Of a stretch of 64,000 nucleotides of DNA, positions 48,055 through 57,256 are shown piece by piece; the stretch's first letter is position 1; every line of letters starts with the position of its first letter. Where the stretch lies: contig JBEKCB010000001.1 in NCBI GenBank assembly GCA_050015075.1, positions 64,001 to 128,000 of the forward strand, in the 5' to 3' direction. The notes under the pieces are model-generated. The model searched no databases. It was not told the origin of the DNA and saw only the letters and a program-made list of their open reading frames with translations. Position numbers and translations under genes: made by a program. Source of the DNA: Candidatus Brocadiia bacterium. GTDB taxonomy: Bacteria; Planctomycetota; Brocadiia; CAIUPP01.

Positions 48055-48107
48055 CGCGGCGGGTCTCACCACGACGACACGACGTACGCAGTCCGCACTC
48101 CGCACTC
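48055..48107. repeat. Composite repeat: TCTCACCACGACGACACGACG + (CCGCACT)2
   Basis: Reverse-complement counterpart of 20445-20540. Confidence 0.7.
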
Positions 48108-48114
48108 GCCGTTC

Positions 48115-49209
48115 TCACGCCTCTTTTTGCGGAGGCTTTTTCGAGTTGTCTTTCTCTTCCGACGCCGGCTTCTTCGGAGCGTCCTTCTCTTCGGCCTGTT
48201 TCTCGCCGCCGTGATCGGCGCGGATGCGCGCGAAAACCATGCGCCCGGCGCTGGTCTGGAGCGTGCTGGTCACGACGACGATGACCGACTCGCTGATATG
48301 CGTCCGCCCACCCTCGACCACGACCATCGTTCCGTCCTGCAGATAGCCCACGCCCTGTCCGGGCTCGTCGCCGGGGCGGAGGACCTGCACCGTGCGCTCC
48401 TCGCCGGCCAGGACGGTCGGCCGCAGGGCGTTGGCGATCTCGTTGAGATTGATGGTCTCCACGTTCTGAAGCTCGGCGAACTTGGCCAGGTTGTAATCGC
48501 AGGTCAGAATCCGCGCCTGCAACTGGCCGGCCAGGCTGACGAGCTTGCTGTCCACCGTGTTCCCGCGCGCGGCGCGGCCGTCGTGGATCTGAATCGCCAG
48601 CCGCTCGTCGCGCTGGAGCCGCTGGAGCATTTCCAGCCCGCGCCGTCCGCGGTTGCGGCGGAGCCGGTCGGCGGAGTCGGCGACGTGCTGAAGTTCCTGG
48701 AGGACGAACTTCGGGATGATCAGCGTCGTGTCGAAGAGCCGCGTCTCGCACAGCTCGGCCAGCCGCCCGTCAATGACCGCGCTCGTGTCAATCATGACCG
48801 GCCGCGCGCCCTTTTCCTCTTTCTGGAACTCCACGTACGGGATGATGAAGCGGAACCGGTCGCGCGTCTTGTAGATCACCATCACGCAGACGTAACAACT
48901 GACGACCGCCAGCGCCAGGGTGATCAGCAGTTGCTGATCGCGGCTGCTCGACATGACCACCGGGACGTTGGCCAACTGCAGAATGTAGTTGAAAAGGATC
49001 GCGACGAGGCAGCCGGTGATGAGCCCGAACACGATCGCGCTGATGGATTGGATCGGCCGCTTGCTGAGCACGAACTCCAGCGAGATGATGACGACCGCGC
49101 ACGCCAGGCCGATCAGGATCCCCATTAACTGGTAGTCCTCGCCGGCGAACTTCAGGCCGATGCCCGCGCACGCGAGCAGAAATAAAACCCGCATCACCCA
49201 CGCCGTCAT
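48115..49209 (-). CDS. Membrane PIN/TRAM domain protein (YacL-like)
   Basis: TMs, IDTSAVIDGR, VLQELQ..ADS, VDSKL, TCDYNL, QGVGYLQDGTMVVVE. Confidence 0.92.
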   Translation of the reverse strand: MTAWVMRVLFLLACAGIGLKFAGEDYQLMGILIGLACAVVIISLEFVLSKRPIQSISAIVFGLITGCLVAILFNYILQLANVPVVMSSSRDQQLLITLALAVVSCYVCVMVIYKTRDRFRFIIPYVEFQKEEKGARPVMIDTSAVIDGRLAELCETRLFDTTLIIPKFVLQELQHVADSADRLRRNRGRRGLEMLQRLQRDERLAIQIHDGRAARGNTVDSKLVSLAGQLQARILTCDYNLAKFAELQNVETINLNEIANALRPTVLAGEERTVQVLRPGDEPGQGVGYLQDGTMVVVEGGRTHISESVIVVVTSTLQTSAGRMVFARIRADHGGEKQAEEKDAPKKPASEEKDNSKKPPQKEA

Positions 49210-50498
49210 GGCGCCTCAACTCCTTTCTGCGTCATCAACCGGATCTTCGAGGTCGGGACCCATTCGTACGTCCCGTCCGGAAGGTGAAAGACCCAGGCCG
49301 TCTCGTTCGCCGGCCCGGCCGCGAGGGTCACAAACTCGCCCTCGAACTGCTTCTGGTCGCGCGTCGTCACCACCCACATCGTGCCGCCCGACGGCATCGG
49401 CGTCGTCGCGCCGACCGGGCCCGTCACGCGTTCGGGCAACGCGGTCCCGGCGGGCTTCGGCCGGGCCGTCAAAAGCGCGATGAGCGCTACCGTCAGCGCC
49501 GTCACTGCCACCGCCGCGGTGATCAGCGCGATCCAGGTCCAGATGCGCTGGCCTCGCGTCGCCGAGGGAGATTCCCACCGCAGAGCGGCGCTGCGGCCCG
49601 CCGACGTCCGCGTCGGCCGCGAAACCGCCCGCTCGACCCGCGCGAGCAATTCCTGTACGACCCGGTCCGGCTGGAGTCCCTCCGGAGCCAGTTTCCCGAG
49701 GTCCGCCAGCAGTTCGGCGACTGAAGGATACCGCTCCGACGGCTTCTTTGCAAGGAGCCGCTCGATGATCCGCCCGAGTTCCGGCGGCGTTCCGGGCGCC
49801 GCGGCAAGCAACGGCGGCACGGGCGCCTGCACGTGCTGGCGCAGGATCTCGATCGTGTCCTTGCCGCCGAACGGCGGTCGCCCGGCGAGCATCTCGTAGA
49901 GCACCACGCCGATGGAATAGAGGTCGGAGCGCTCGTCGGCCTTCTCGCCGCGCGCCTGCTCCGGCGACATGTATTCGGGCGTGCCGAGCACCGCCCCGGC
50001 GGCGGTCAGGTCCTGCCGCTCCGCGCGGCGCGCCAGGCCGAAGTCCATCAGCACCACGCGCCCGGAGGAGTCGAGCATGATGTTGCCGGGCTTCACGTCG
50101 CGGTGGACGATCCCGGCCCGGTGCACGGCCTCCAGCGCGCGCAGCACCTGCCCGAGGACCGCGAACGCCTCGGCGAGCGTCAGCCGCCCGGCGGCGGCGA
50201 GCACCTCCTTGAGCGACAGGCCCGTGATCAGCTCCATGGAGTAGTAGCTGACCGGCCCTTCCTGGCCGACGGCGAAGATGCGGATGAGGCTCGGGTGCTC
50301 CACGCCGCCCAGGGCGCGCGCCTCTTCATGGAACCTCTCGCGCAGCACGGGATCGCGCGCGAGTTCGGCCGGCAGGATCTTGATCGCCACTTCGCGGTCG
50401 AGGACCGGGTCGTACGCGCGGTAAACGCAGGACATGCCGCCGCTGCCCAGCGGCTCGCGCAGGTGGTAACGGCTGAGTTTCTCTCCGGGTGCGATCAC
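49206..50498 (-). CDS. Hanks-type Ser/Thr protein kinase with one TM
   Basis: GSGGM, VAIK, HRDVKPGN, DFGLA, GTPEYMSPEQ; TM near the C-terminus. Confidence 0.95.
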   Translation of the reverse strand: MIAPGEKLSRYHLREPLGSGGMSCVYRAYDPVLDREVAIKILPAELARDPVLRERFHEEARALGGVEHPSLIRIFAVGQEGPVSYYSMELITGLSLKEVLAAAGRLTLAEAFAVLGQVLRALEAVHRAGIVHRDVKPGNIMLDSSGRVVLMDFGLARRAERQDLTAAGAVLGTPEYMSPEQARGEKADERSDLYSIGVVLYEMLAGRPPFGGKDTIEILRQHVQAPVPPLLAAAPGTPPELGRIIERLLAKKPSERYPSVAELLADLGKLAPEGLQPDRVVQELLARVERAVSRPTRTSAGRSAALRWESPSATRGQRIWTWIALITAAVAVTALTVALIALLTARPKPAGTALPERVTGPVGATTPMPSGGTMWVVTTRDQKQFEGEFVTLAAGPANETAWVFHLPDGTYEWVPTSKIRLMTQKGVEAP

Positions 50499-50662
50499 GC
50501 GTCCACTCGCTGGTATGCCCGCCCGGAACCGTATTCACGGCCTCGGCCATCATGGTAATCATTCCCGCCCCGGCGCGCAATGCCGGCGGGCGCGCGGCGC
50601 CGCCGTCCGCCATTCCCAGCCAGGCGGGGCCGAAAGGCACCCATTTTCCTCGCGGAAAACGC

Positions 50663-50692
50663 TTGACAGGCCCTGCGGGGCTGCTTTATACT
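50663..50692 (+). promoter_or_regulatory. Putative sigma70 promoter for small lipoprotein gene
   Basis: TTGACA-N18-TATACT. Confidence 0.55.
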
Positions 50693-50742
50693 GACCGACT
50701 GTCGGCCGTGATTGTGTCTTTCTGTTTGGGCGAGGAAAATCC

Positions 50743-50937
50743 ATGCACAAGCTCATTATGACTGCGTTGCTGGCGGCGGCCTGCCTGTCCATCAGCGGCT
50801 GCATGACCTTCGACCAGGAGCACGACCGGCAGATTGTGCGCTACTGGAAGAACGATATCCGCAGCATTCACGAAGACATTGATTTCATCCTCTACTGCGA
50901 TATGGATTCCGGGCTCGGCGAGATTTACCTGCGCTGA
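50743..50937 (+). CDS. Small lipoprotein, unknown function
   Basis: GAGG RBS; signal peptide with lipobox ISGC; about 45-aa helical-looking mature part. Confidence 0.7.
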   Translation: MHKLIMTALLAAACLSISGCMTFDQEHDRQIVRYWKNDIRSIHEDIDFILYCDMDSGLGEIYLR

Positions 50938-51099
50938 GCCGTCCGAAGCCGCCCGCCCGCTGCACTCCGGCAGCGGGTTGACCCGCGAAAAAACCCGCCT
51001 CTTTGCCGCGCGCCCATTTTATCGCCTGACCGCGCGCTTGTGCGGCCGATTGCCCTCGCGATATAATCCGCGCATTCAAGCCTGTGCGGAGGCCGCGCC

Positions 51100-51654
51100 T
51101 TGGGACGCCCTGTTCCACATGCTCCCGTTAGCCTTATCGTCGGAATGCTCAGCGCGTCGGCGGAAGTGCTCGACCGCGCCGAGGCGATGCTCGCCGAGCG
51201 TTTTGGCAAGCCGGCTTGCGCGACCGGGGCGATGAAGTTCGACTTCACCGGCTACTACGAGCCGGAGATGGGCGCGAACCTGCTGCGCAAGTTCATCGCC
51301 TTCGAGCGCCCGGTGAACCCGGCGGACCTCGCCGAGATCAAGCTCTGGACGAACGGAGTCGAGGCGCTGTTCAGCGAAGCGGCCGCGTCGCAGGGCCTGT
51401 CCGTCCGGCGGCCGATCAACCTGGATCCGGGTTACGTCGCGCCCTCGAAGCTCGTGCTGGCCACCACGAAGGACCACGCGCACCGCATTTACCTGGGGCG
51501 CGGCATTTACGCGGAGGTCACGCTGACTTTTCTCAAGGGCGCTTTCGAGCCGATGCCGTGGACGTATCCGGACTACCGCACCGAGGCGTATCGCCGCTTC
51601 TTCGAGCAGGTCCGCGCGGACCTCGTCGCCCGTCAAAGAACGGCGCAGTCTTGA
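51100..51654 (+). CDS. DUF4416 family protein
   Basis: FDFTGYYEPEMG, LAEIKLWTN, INLDPGY, LATTKD..HRIYL..GIYAE, WTYPDY. Confidence 0.85.
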   Translation: MGRPVPHAPVSLIVGMLSASAEVLDRAEAMLAERFGKPACATGAMKFDFTGYYEPEMGANLLRKFIAFERPVNPADLAEIKLWTNGVEALFSEAAASQGLSVRRPINLDPGYVAPSKLVLATTKDHAHRIYLGRGIYAEVTLTFLKGAFEPMPWTYPDYRTEAYRRFFEQVRADLVARQRTAQS

Positions 51655-51685
51655 CCATTCCGCCCAGTCCATGAAAGGAAACGAG

Positions 51686-52156
51686 ATGGAACGAACGCTG
51701 CTGATCGTGAAGCCGGACGCGCTCCAGCGCAAGCTCGCGGGAAAGATCCTCAGCCGGTTCGAGGAGAAGGGGTTTCAGATCATCGCCGTGAAGATGGCGC
51801 GGCTGCCGGAGAAGACGATCCGCGAGCACTACGCCGCGCACAAGGGGAAAGCGTTCTACGAGCCGCTGGTGCGCTACATGACCGCGCAGCCGGTGCTGCT
51901 GCTGGTGGTCCGCGCGAAAGGGGCTATCGCGATGGCGCGCAAGATGATGGGCGCGACGTTCGGCTGCAACGCGGAGCCCGGCACGATCCGCGGCGATTTC
52001 GCCGTCAGCAACCGCTTCAATCTTATCCACGGCTCCGATTCGCCCGAGGCGGCTGAGAAGGAGATTGGACTCTTTTTCTCGAACGCGGAGCTCTTCGATA
52101 CGCCGGATTCGCAGGAAGCGGTGCTTTATGATCTTTCGACGGGAGAGCGGGTTTAG
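51686..52156 (+). CDS. ndk: Nucleoside diphosphate kinase
   Basis: ERTLLIVKPD, PGTIRGDF, NLIHGSDS. Confidence 0.97.
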   Translation: MERTLLIVKPDALQRKLAGKILSRFEEKGFQIIAVKMARLPEKTIREHYAAHKGKAFYEPLVRYMTAQPVLLLVVRAKGAIAMARKMMGATFGCNAEPGTIRGDFAVSNRFNLIHGSDSPEAAEKEIGLFFSNAELFDTPDSQEAVLYDLSTGERV

Positions 52157-52180
52157 GCGACGATTTGTGGCATCCTGCGA

Positions 52181-53149
52181 TCAGGTGTCGCCGTTCGTAA
52201 GGTATTCCTCCACCGCGTCCATGAACTCCTTCTCCGACGAGGCATGGATGACGGCCATGTTGAACGCCTTCCCGCGCGCCAGGTGCTTGGCGTAGTGGCA
52301 CGACTGCTTGCGCATCGAGATCGTGCCGCGCCGTTCGCCCTGGTGCTCGATCAGGCCGCGATAGTGCTCGAGCAGCGCGTCGCGGATCTCCGCCTGGGAC
52401 GCCGGCGGCGTCTCGCGTCCGTCCTCGAGCAGCGCGGCGGCCTGGCGGAAAATCCAGGGGCGGCCGAGCGCGGCCTGGCCGACCGCGACGGCGTCGCAGC
52501 CGGTCTCGCGGAACATGCGCACCGCGTCGGCGGGCGTGTGGATGCCGCCGTTGCCGATGACCGGCATCGAGACGGCGCTCTTGACCTCGGCGATGATGCG
52601 CCAGTCGGGCGGGGCGCTTGAGCTGCCTTCGGCGGGGCGCGGATGGACGCAGATCGCGGCCGCGCCGGCGCCCTCGCAGCGGCGCGCCGTCTCCACCGCC
52701 GTCGGCCGGTCCTTGAAACGGCCGGCGCGGATCTTCACCGTCACCGGCGTCTTCGCGCGCCGGACCATCTGCGCGAGGATCTTCTCGACCTGCTCCGGCT
52801 GGCCCATCAGCGCGCCGCCCATGCCGTCGCTCAGCACCCGGCGCTTGGGGCAACCGCAGTTGAGGTCCACGAGGTCGAAGCCCATCTCGCCGAGCCGCGC
52901 GGCGCCTTCGCCCGCCTCGGCCGGGTCCGCGGCGAGGAGCTGCCCGGCGATCGGGTGCTCGTCCGGCTTGAAGTCCAGCACCTGGAGCGTCGCCGGGATG
53001 CCGCGCAGCAGGTCGCGCGCCTTGATGACCTCCGTGGTCGCCAGCGCCGCCCCGAACCGCCGGCAGATTCGCCGGAACGGCCAACTTGTGTAGGCCGCCA
53101 GCGGCGCGAGGAAGATGCGCCCCGGAATTTCCACCGATGCGATCCGCAT
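52181..53149 (-). CDS. dusB: tRNA-dihydrouridine synthase (DusB-like)
   Basis: LAPLA, DLNCGCP, GGALM, PVTVKIR, VIGNGGI, GRPWIF. Confidence 0.85.
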   Translation of the reverse strand: MRIASVEIPGRIFLAPLAAYTSWPFRRICRRFGAALATTEVIKARDLLRGIPATLQVLDFKPDEHPIAGQLLAADPAEAGEGAARLGEMGFDLVDLNCGCPKRRVLSDGMGGALMGQPEQVEKILAQMVRRAKTPVTVKIRAGRFKDRPTAVETARRCEGAGAAAICVHPRPAEGSSSAPPDWRIIAEVKSAVSMPVIGNGGIHTPADAVRMFRETGCDAVAVGQAALGRPWIFRQAAALLEDGRETPPASQAEIRDALLEHYRGLIEHQGERRGTISMRKQSCHYAKHLARGKAFNMAVIHASSEKEFMDAVEEYLTNGDT

Positions 53150-53341
53150 GCCATTTTCCAGTATTCAGGGTCCCTGGACAACGAGGCCGCGGTGCCTAAT
53201 CTACCATAATCAGGCGCGGGCATTGAAGGCCGATCAGGCGGCCCGGTGGCCGATTCGCGTTGCCTTGCGGGCGCTCTTGTGGTAAAAAACGGGTTCAGCG
53301 CGCCGCGGCGGCGAAGGCGGGCTTCTTTCAAGGACGGCGAA

Positions 53342-54259
53342 ATGAACGGGCGGCCCCAGGATTTCATGAGCGTCGGAATCATTCACTTCATGGCCTTCCC
53401 GGAAGCGGGCCGGGGCGAAGGGCCGATCGTGGAGACGCTCAAGACGCTCTGCGACGACGAATACTTCCAGGTGATCGAGGTGACGGCCGTCCGCGACGCC
53501 GCGGTGCGGCAGCGGGCGATCCAGCTCGTGGCCGATTCCGGCAAGAAGGTCGCCTTCGGCGCGCAGCCGGTCCTGCTGGCCGGCCGGCATGACCTGAACT
53601 CGACCGATCCCCGCGTGCGGCAGGCGGCGCTGGACGCGGTCCGCGCCTTGATCCCGCAGGCGAAAGAGTGGGGCGCGTGCAGCTTTGCGGTGATGAGCGG
53701 GCCGGACCCGGGCGAGGCGAAGCGCCCGCTCGCAAAAACGATGCTCTGCGCCTCGCTCAAGGAACTGTGCGAGTTCTCCCGCCGGGCCGGCGGGCCGCCG
53801 GTGCTGCTGGAGACTTTCGACCGCGCCGGCTTCGGCAAGAACTGCCTCATCGGCCCGACCGACGAGGCCGCCTGGGTCGCCGACCGCGTTTATCCTTATT
53901 ACCGCAGTTTCGGGCTGGTGCTCGACCTGAGCCACCTGCCGCTCCTCGGCGAGACGCCCGACCACGCGCTGAAGACCGTCCAGCAGGACCTGCGCCACGT
54001 TCACATCGGGAACTGCGTGCTGCGCGACAAGTCCCATCCGGCGTACGGCGACCAGCACCCGATGTTCGGCATCCCCGAAGGTGAAAACGGCGTGGAGCAG
54101 TTGGCTGCGTTCCTCAAAGTGCTCCTCGAAATCCGCTACATCGGCGAGTCAAAGCGCAACATCGTGTCGTTCGAGGTGAAGCCGTTCGGCGATCAAACCT
54201 CCGCGCAAGTGCTTGAGAATGCGAAGGTTACGCTCGACGCGGCGTGGAAGGCGTTGTGA
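53342..54259 (+). CDS. Sugar phosphate isomerase/epimerase (xylose-isomerase-like TIM barrel)
   Basis: LLETFD, LDLSHLPL, HVHIGN, GDQHP, VSFEVKP metal-ligand pattern. Confidence 0.8.
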   Translation: MNGRPQDFMSVGIIHFMAFPEAGRGEGPIVETLKTLCDDEYFQVIEVTAVRDAAVRQRAIQLVADSGKKVAFGAQPVLLAGRHDLNSTDPRVRQAALDAVRALIPQAKEWGACSFAVMSGPDPGEAKRPLAKTMLCASLKELCEFSRRAGGPPVLLETFDRAGFGKNCLIGPTDEAAWVADRVYPYYRSFGLVLDLSHLPLLGETPDHALKTVQQDLRHVHIGNCVLRDKSHPAYGDQHPMFGIPEGENGVEQLAAFLKVLLEIRYIGESKRNIVSFEVKPFGDQTSAQVLENAKVTLDAAWKAL

Positions 54260-54345
54260 CGGGGCGTCCGAGCAGCGACTGCGGGCGCTGCTGAACTCCC
54301 GCAGCCGGCGGTGGAACCAAAGCTCCGGCCCAGGCGTCTAATAAA

Positions 54346-54990
54346 ATGTCCGAAGCGAGCGCCGAATTACGGCTGAATGAAGCCGCCGTGAAGCGTACCG
54401 ACGCGGATCTGGCGACGGCCAGCAGCGCGGGCGACCCGGCGGCGTTCGGCGAGCTGGTCCTGCGCCACCAGGACCGCGCGTTCAACCTGGCGCTCCGGCT
54501 GACCGGCAGCCCGGAAGACGCGGCGGACGCGGTGCAGGAGGCGTTCCTCAAGGCGTACCGGGGAATGCCGTCGTTCCGGCGGCAGTCTTCGTTCTACACG
54601 TGGCTGTTTCGCATCCTGGTGAACGAGGTGCGCAGCCGCCGGCGGTCCGGGTCGGCGCGGGTTTTGAGTTTCAGCCTCGACGCGGCGGGCGGCCGGAGCG
54701 CGGAACGCGGCGACCCGGCGGAAGGGCCGGCGGGACTCCAGTCCAACGGGCCGGACCCTTCGGAGCAGGCCAGCCTGGCGGAGCGCAGACAGATCGTGGA
54801 AGAGGCGCTGCAGTCGCTCGAGTTCGACCAGCGCGCGATCATCGCGCTGCGAGACATCGAAGGCCGCGATTACGCGGAAATCGCCGAGGTGCTCGGCTGT
54901 CCGCAGGGAACGGTGAAGTCCAGGCTCCACCGGGCGCGGATGGCGCTCAAAGACGTACTCGCGCCGAAACTCGGCCCGGCGCCTCAATGA
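54346..54990 (+). CDS. ECF RNA polymerase sigma factor
   Basis: AFGELV.RHQ, DAADAVQEAF, FYTWLFRI, YAEIAEVLG.P.GTVKSRLHRAR. Confidence 0.95.
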   Translation: MSEASAELRLNEAAVKRTDADLATASSAGDPAAFGELVLRHQDRAFNLALRLTGSPEDAADAVQEAFLKAYRGMPSFRRQSSFYTWLFRILVNEVRSRRRSGSARVLSFSLDAAGGRSAERGDPAEGPAGLQSNGPDPSEQASLAERRQIVEEALQSLEFDQRAIIALRDIEGRDYAEIAEVLGCPQGTVKSRLHRARMALKDVLAPKLGPAPQ

Positions 54991-55015
54991 GTGGCGCGCA
55001 GCAAGAGGTATCGCG

Positions 55016-56257
55016 ATGAATTGTGAAAAAGTGATCGGGCAATTCTCCGCTTACCTCGACGGCCAACTGACCGTCGCGGAGAGGGAAGCGGTGCGCTCGC
55101 ACATCGCCGACTGCGCGCGATGCCGCGAAGAGCTGGATGCCCTCGCTCGCACGGTGTACGCGGTTGCCGATCTGCCGCGCCTCCGCGCGCCTGCGGACCT
55201 GCGCGATCAAGTCATGTCGAACCTCGATCGTGCCGCGCCGGCGGAGGCGCACCAGCCGCGGTGGCGCATGTATTGGGGCGCCGCAGCGGCCGTCGGCTTC
55301 GCCGTCGTCATCATGCTCCTGACGAGGCAGGCGACGCCTCGCCGAGCCGGGCCCGAAGCGGTCGCGCTCGCCGGGAAAAATGCCGAAACCGGCGAAGTCG
55401 CCCTGGCCGAAAGAGGCGGTTCCGGCGGGGCGAAAGGCGCTGACGAGAAGCTCTTACGGAAGGCGGCGAACGTCGAGCCGATCGGCGGGACGGCGGATTC
55501 CCTGAAGGCTTCTCAATTGGAAGCCACACCGGTCGCGACGGTGTCGAGCGGGCAGATCGTCGCCATCGCGCCGGTGTCCAGCGAGCAGATCGTCCTCCCG
55601 TCCGCGAATCCTCGGGCCGCTTATTTCAACGCGGTCCGCGTCGCCGCCAAGGGCGGCTGGCTGCCGGCCGAGCTGCAGAAGCGCGCGGCGGACGGCGAGC
55701 TATTGAAGTCCGCCGATGCGGAGCAACGCGCGCACCAGGATCAAGTGCTGCAGCTTGCGTTCAGTCTTAAGCGCAGCCAGGTGCCGGCCCTGAGGAACGC
55801 GCTGGCCGTCGCCGGTTTGCAGGCCGCCGAGGAGAAAAACGACCGGGGCGAAGAGGCGCAACCGACCAACGAGGGCGTGCCGTCGCTCGCATTTGCGCCC
55901 GCACGCCGCGATTTGGACTCAGCGAGCAACGTCGCGCCGGCGGAGTCGCACTTCGGCTTTAAAGATCGCAGCGCGGCGGCGAATCCGGCGACCGCCGCCG
56001 CGAATGCTCCGGCCCGTGCGGCGATGAAGGCGCCCGAGGGTGCCGCCGGCGCAGAGGCCGCGGCGCCCCGGCAGTCCATGGCGCTGGCGCAGAAGAAAGC
56101 TGGACCGGCCGAAGCCGCGACGCCGCAGCAGGCGCAGAAAGCCGAAGCCGCTGAAGAGCCGCTCGTCCAAGTGACCTTGCTGTTCCCGCTCGCGGAAAGC
56201 CCCGTTCCGGCGGCGGCGCCGGCAGCCGGCGCCGCGAACTCGGGCACGCCTGAATGA
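55016..56257 (+). CDS. Zinc-finger (zf-HC2) transmembrane anti-sigma factor
   Basis: C...SAYLDG.L...HIADCARC, TM, Ala-rich extracytoplasmic part; follows the ECF sigma gene. Confidence 0.88.
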   Translation: MNCEKVIGQFSAYLDGQLTVAEREAVRSHIADCARCREELDALARTVYAVADLPRLRAPADLRDQVMSNLDRAAPAEAHQPRWRMYWGAAAAVGFAVVIMLLTRQATPRRAGPEAVALAGKNAETGEVALAERGGSGGAKGADEKLLRKAANVEPIGGTADSLKASQLEATPVATVSSGQIVAIAPVSSEQIVLPSANPRAAYFNAVRVAAKGGWLPAELQKRAADGELLKSADAEQRAHQDQVLQLAFSLKRSQVPALRNALAVAGLQAAEEKNDRGEEAQPTNEGVPSLAFAPARRDLDSASNVAPAESHFGFKDRSAAANPATAAANAPARAAMKAPEGAAGAEAAAPRQSMALAQKKAGPAEAATPQQAQKAEAAEEPLVQVTLLFPLAESPVPAAAPAAGAANSGTPE

Positions 56258-56348
56258 GCCGCCGCGCGCTCGTCGCGCTTGATCGCGGCTCTGCCGTTCC
56301 GCATAATGTCCTCCGCGCAAGGCAAGCCCCGAGTCGGAGATAGGGCCG

Positions 56349-57143
56349 ATGAAAGCCGTCTTTCTTTCGGACGCGCACATCCTGGACCACGCGGACCCGA
56401 ACCTGCCGCCGCTGCTCGGCTTCCTCGAGCACCTGACGGGGCGCGCGGAGCGCCTCTACATCGTGGGCGATCTTTTCGACACCTGGTTCGCGTTCCCGCG
56501 GGCGGTGTTCGACGAGTATGTGCCGCTGCTCGGCGCGATCGAGAGACTCAAGCGGTCCGGGACGCGGATCGTCTACGTGACGGGCAATCACGATTTCGAG
56601 CTCGGGGATTTTTTCGAGCGGTTCCTCGAGGCGGAGATCCACGACACGCAGTTCGTGCTCGAGGAGGACGGCCGCCGGGCGTTCGTCGCCCACGGTGACA
56701 TGGTGAACCCCCATGATCGGAAGTACCGCCGGCTGCGGAGAATCCTCCGCGCCCGCCCTGTGCGATGGCTCGGCAGGAACCTGCCGCCTTCCTGGGTCTG
56801 GCGGGTCGCCGGCCGGCTCACCGTCCGCTGCACCGGCGACGAGGTCGCCGCGCGCGTTCCGATGAAGGAGATCTTCCGCGAATATGCCGAGGACCTGCAC
56901 CGCCGCGGCTTCGACACGGTGATCCTGGGGCATCTGCACCTGCCGCAGTTCGAGCAGCGGGCCGCCGCGGCGCGCCTCGACTTGCCGCCGGCCGCGGCGA
57001 ACCGCGAACCGCCCGCGCAGACCTACGCGAACCTCGGCGATTGGGTGCGCTGGCGCACTTTTCTGCGCTGGGAAGAGGGTCGGCTGGAGCTCCGGCAGTG
57101 GAGTTGGCCGGAAGCCGTCGAACGCCCGTTCCAGCCCGGATGA
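56349..57143 (+). CDS. lpxH: UDP-2,3-diacylglucosamine diphosphatase
   Basis: SDAH, GDLFD.W, GNHD, AHGD, GHLH, NLGDW. Confidence 0.85.
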   Translation: MKAVFLSDAHILDHADPNLPPLLGFLEHLTGRAERLYIVGDLFDTWFAFPRAVFDEYVPLLGAIERLKRSGTRIVYVTGNHDFELGDFFERFLEAEIHDTQFVLEEDGRRAFVAHGDMVNPHDRKYRRLRRILRARPVRWLGRNLPPSWVWRVAGRLTVRCTGDEVAARVPMKEIFREYAEDLHRRGFDTVILGHLHLPQFEQRAAAARLDLPPAAANREPPAQTYANLGDWVRWRTFLRWEEGRLELRQWSWPEAVERPFQPG

Positions 57144-57197
57144 ACCTCCGCGGTCCGCGCGGCGTGTCCTTCGCCGGGCGCGGCTCCGCAGCGAATT

Positions 57198-57233
57198 AAA
57201 AAAGCGAGGCAGGCCCTTGCAGGCCTGCCTCGC
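57198..57233 (-). terminator. Intrinsic terminator of the prepilin-like gene
   Basis: 12-bp stem GCGAGGCAGGCC/GGCCTGCCTCGC followed by a T6 run on the minus strand. Confidence 0.8.
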
Positions 57234-57256
57234 CGCTTACGCACGCGTACACGTCA

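Noticed and set aside
13091-48107. CRISPR array interpretation of the recurring repeats
   Set aside because: No regularly spaced direct repeats with unique spacers, and no cas genes.
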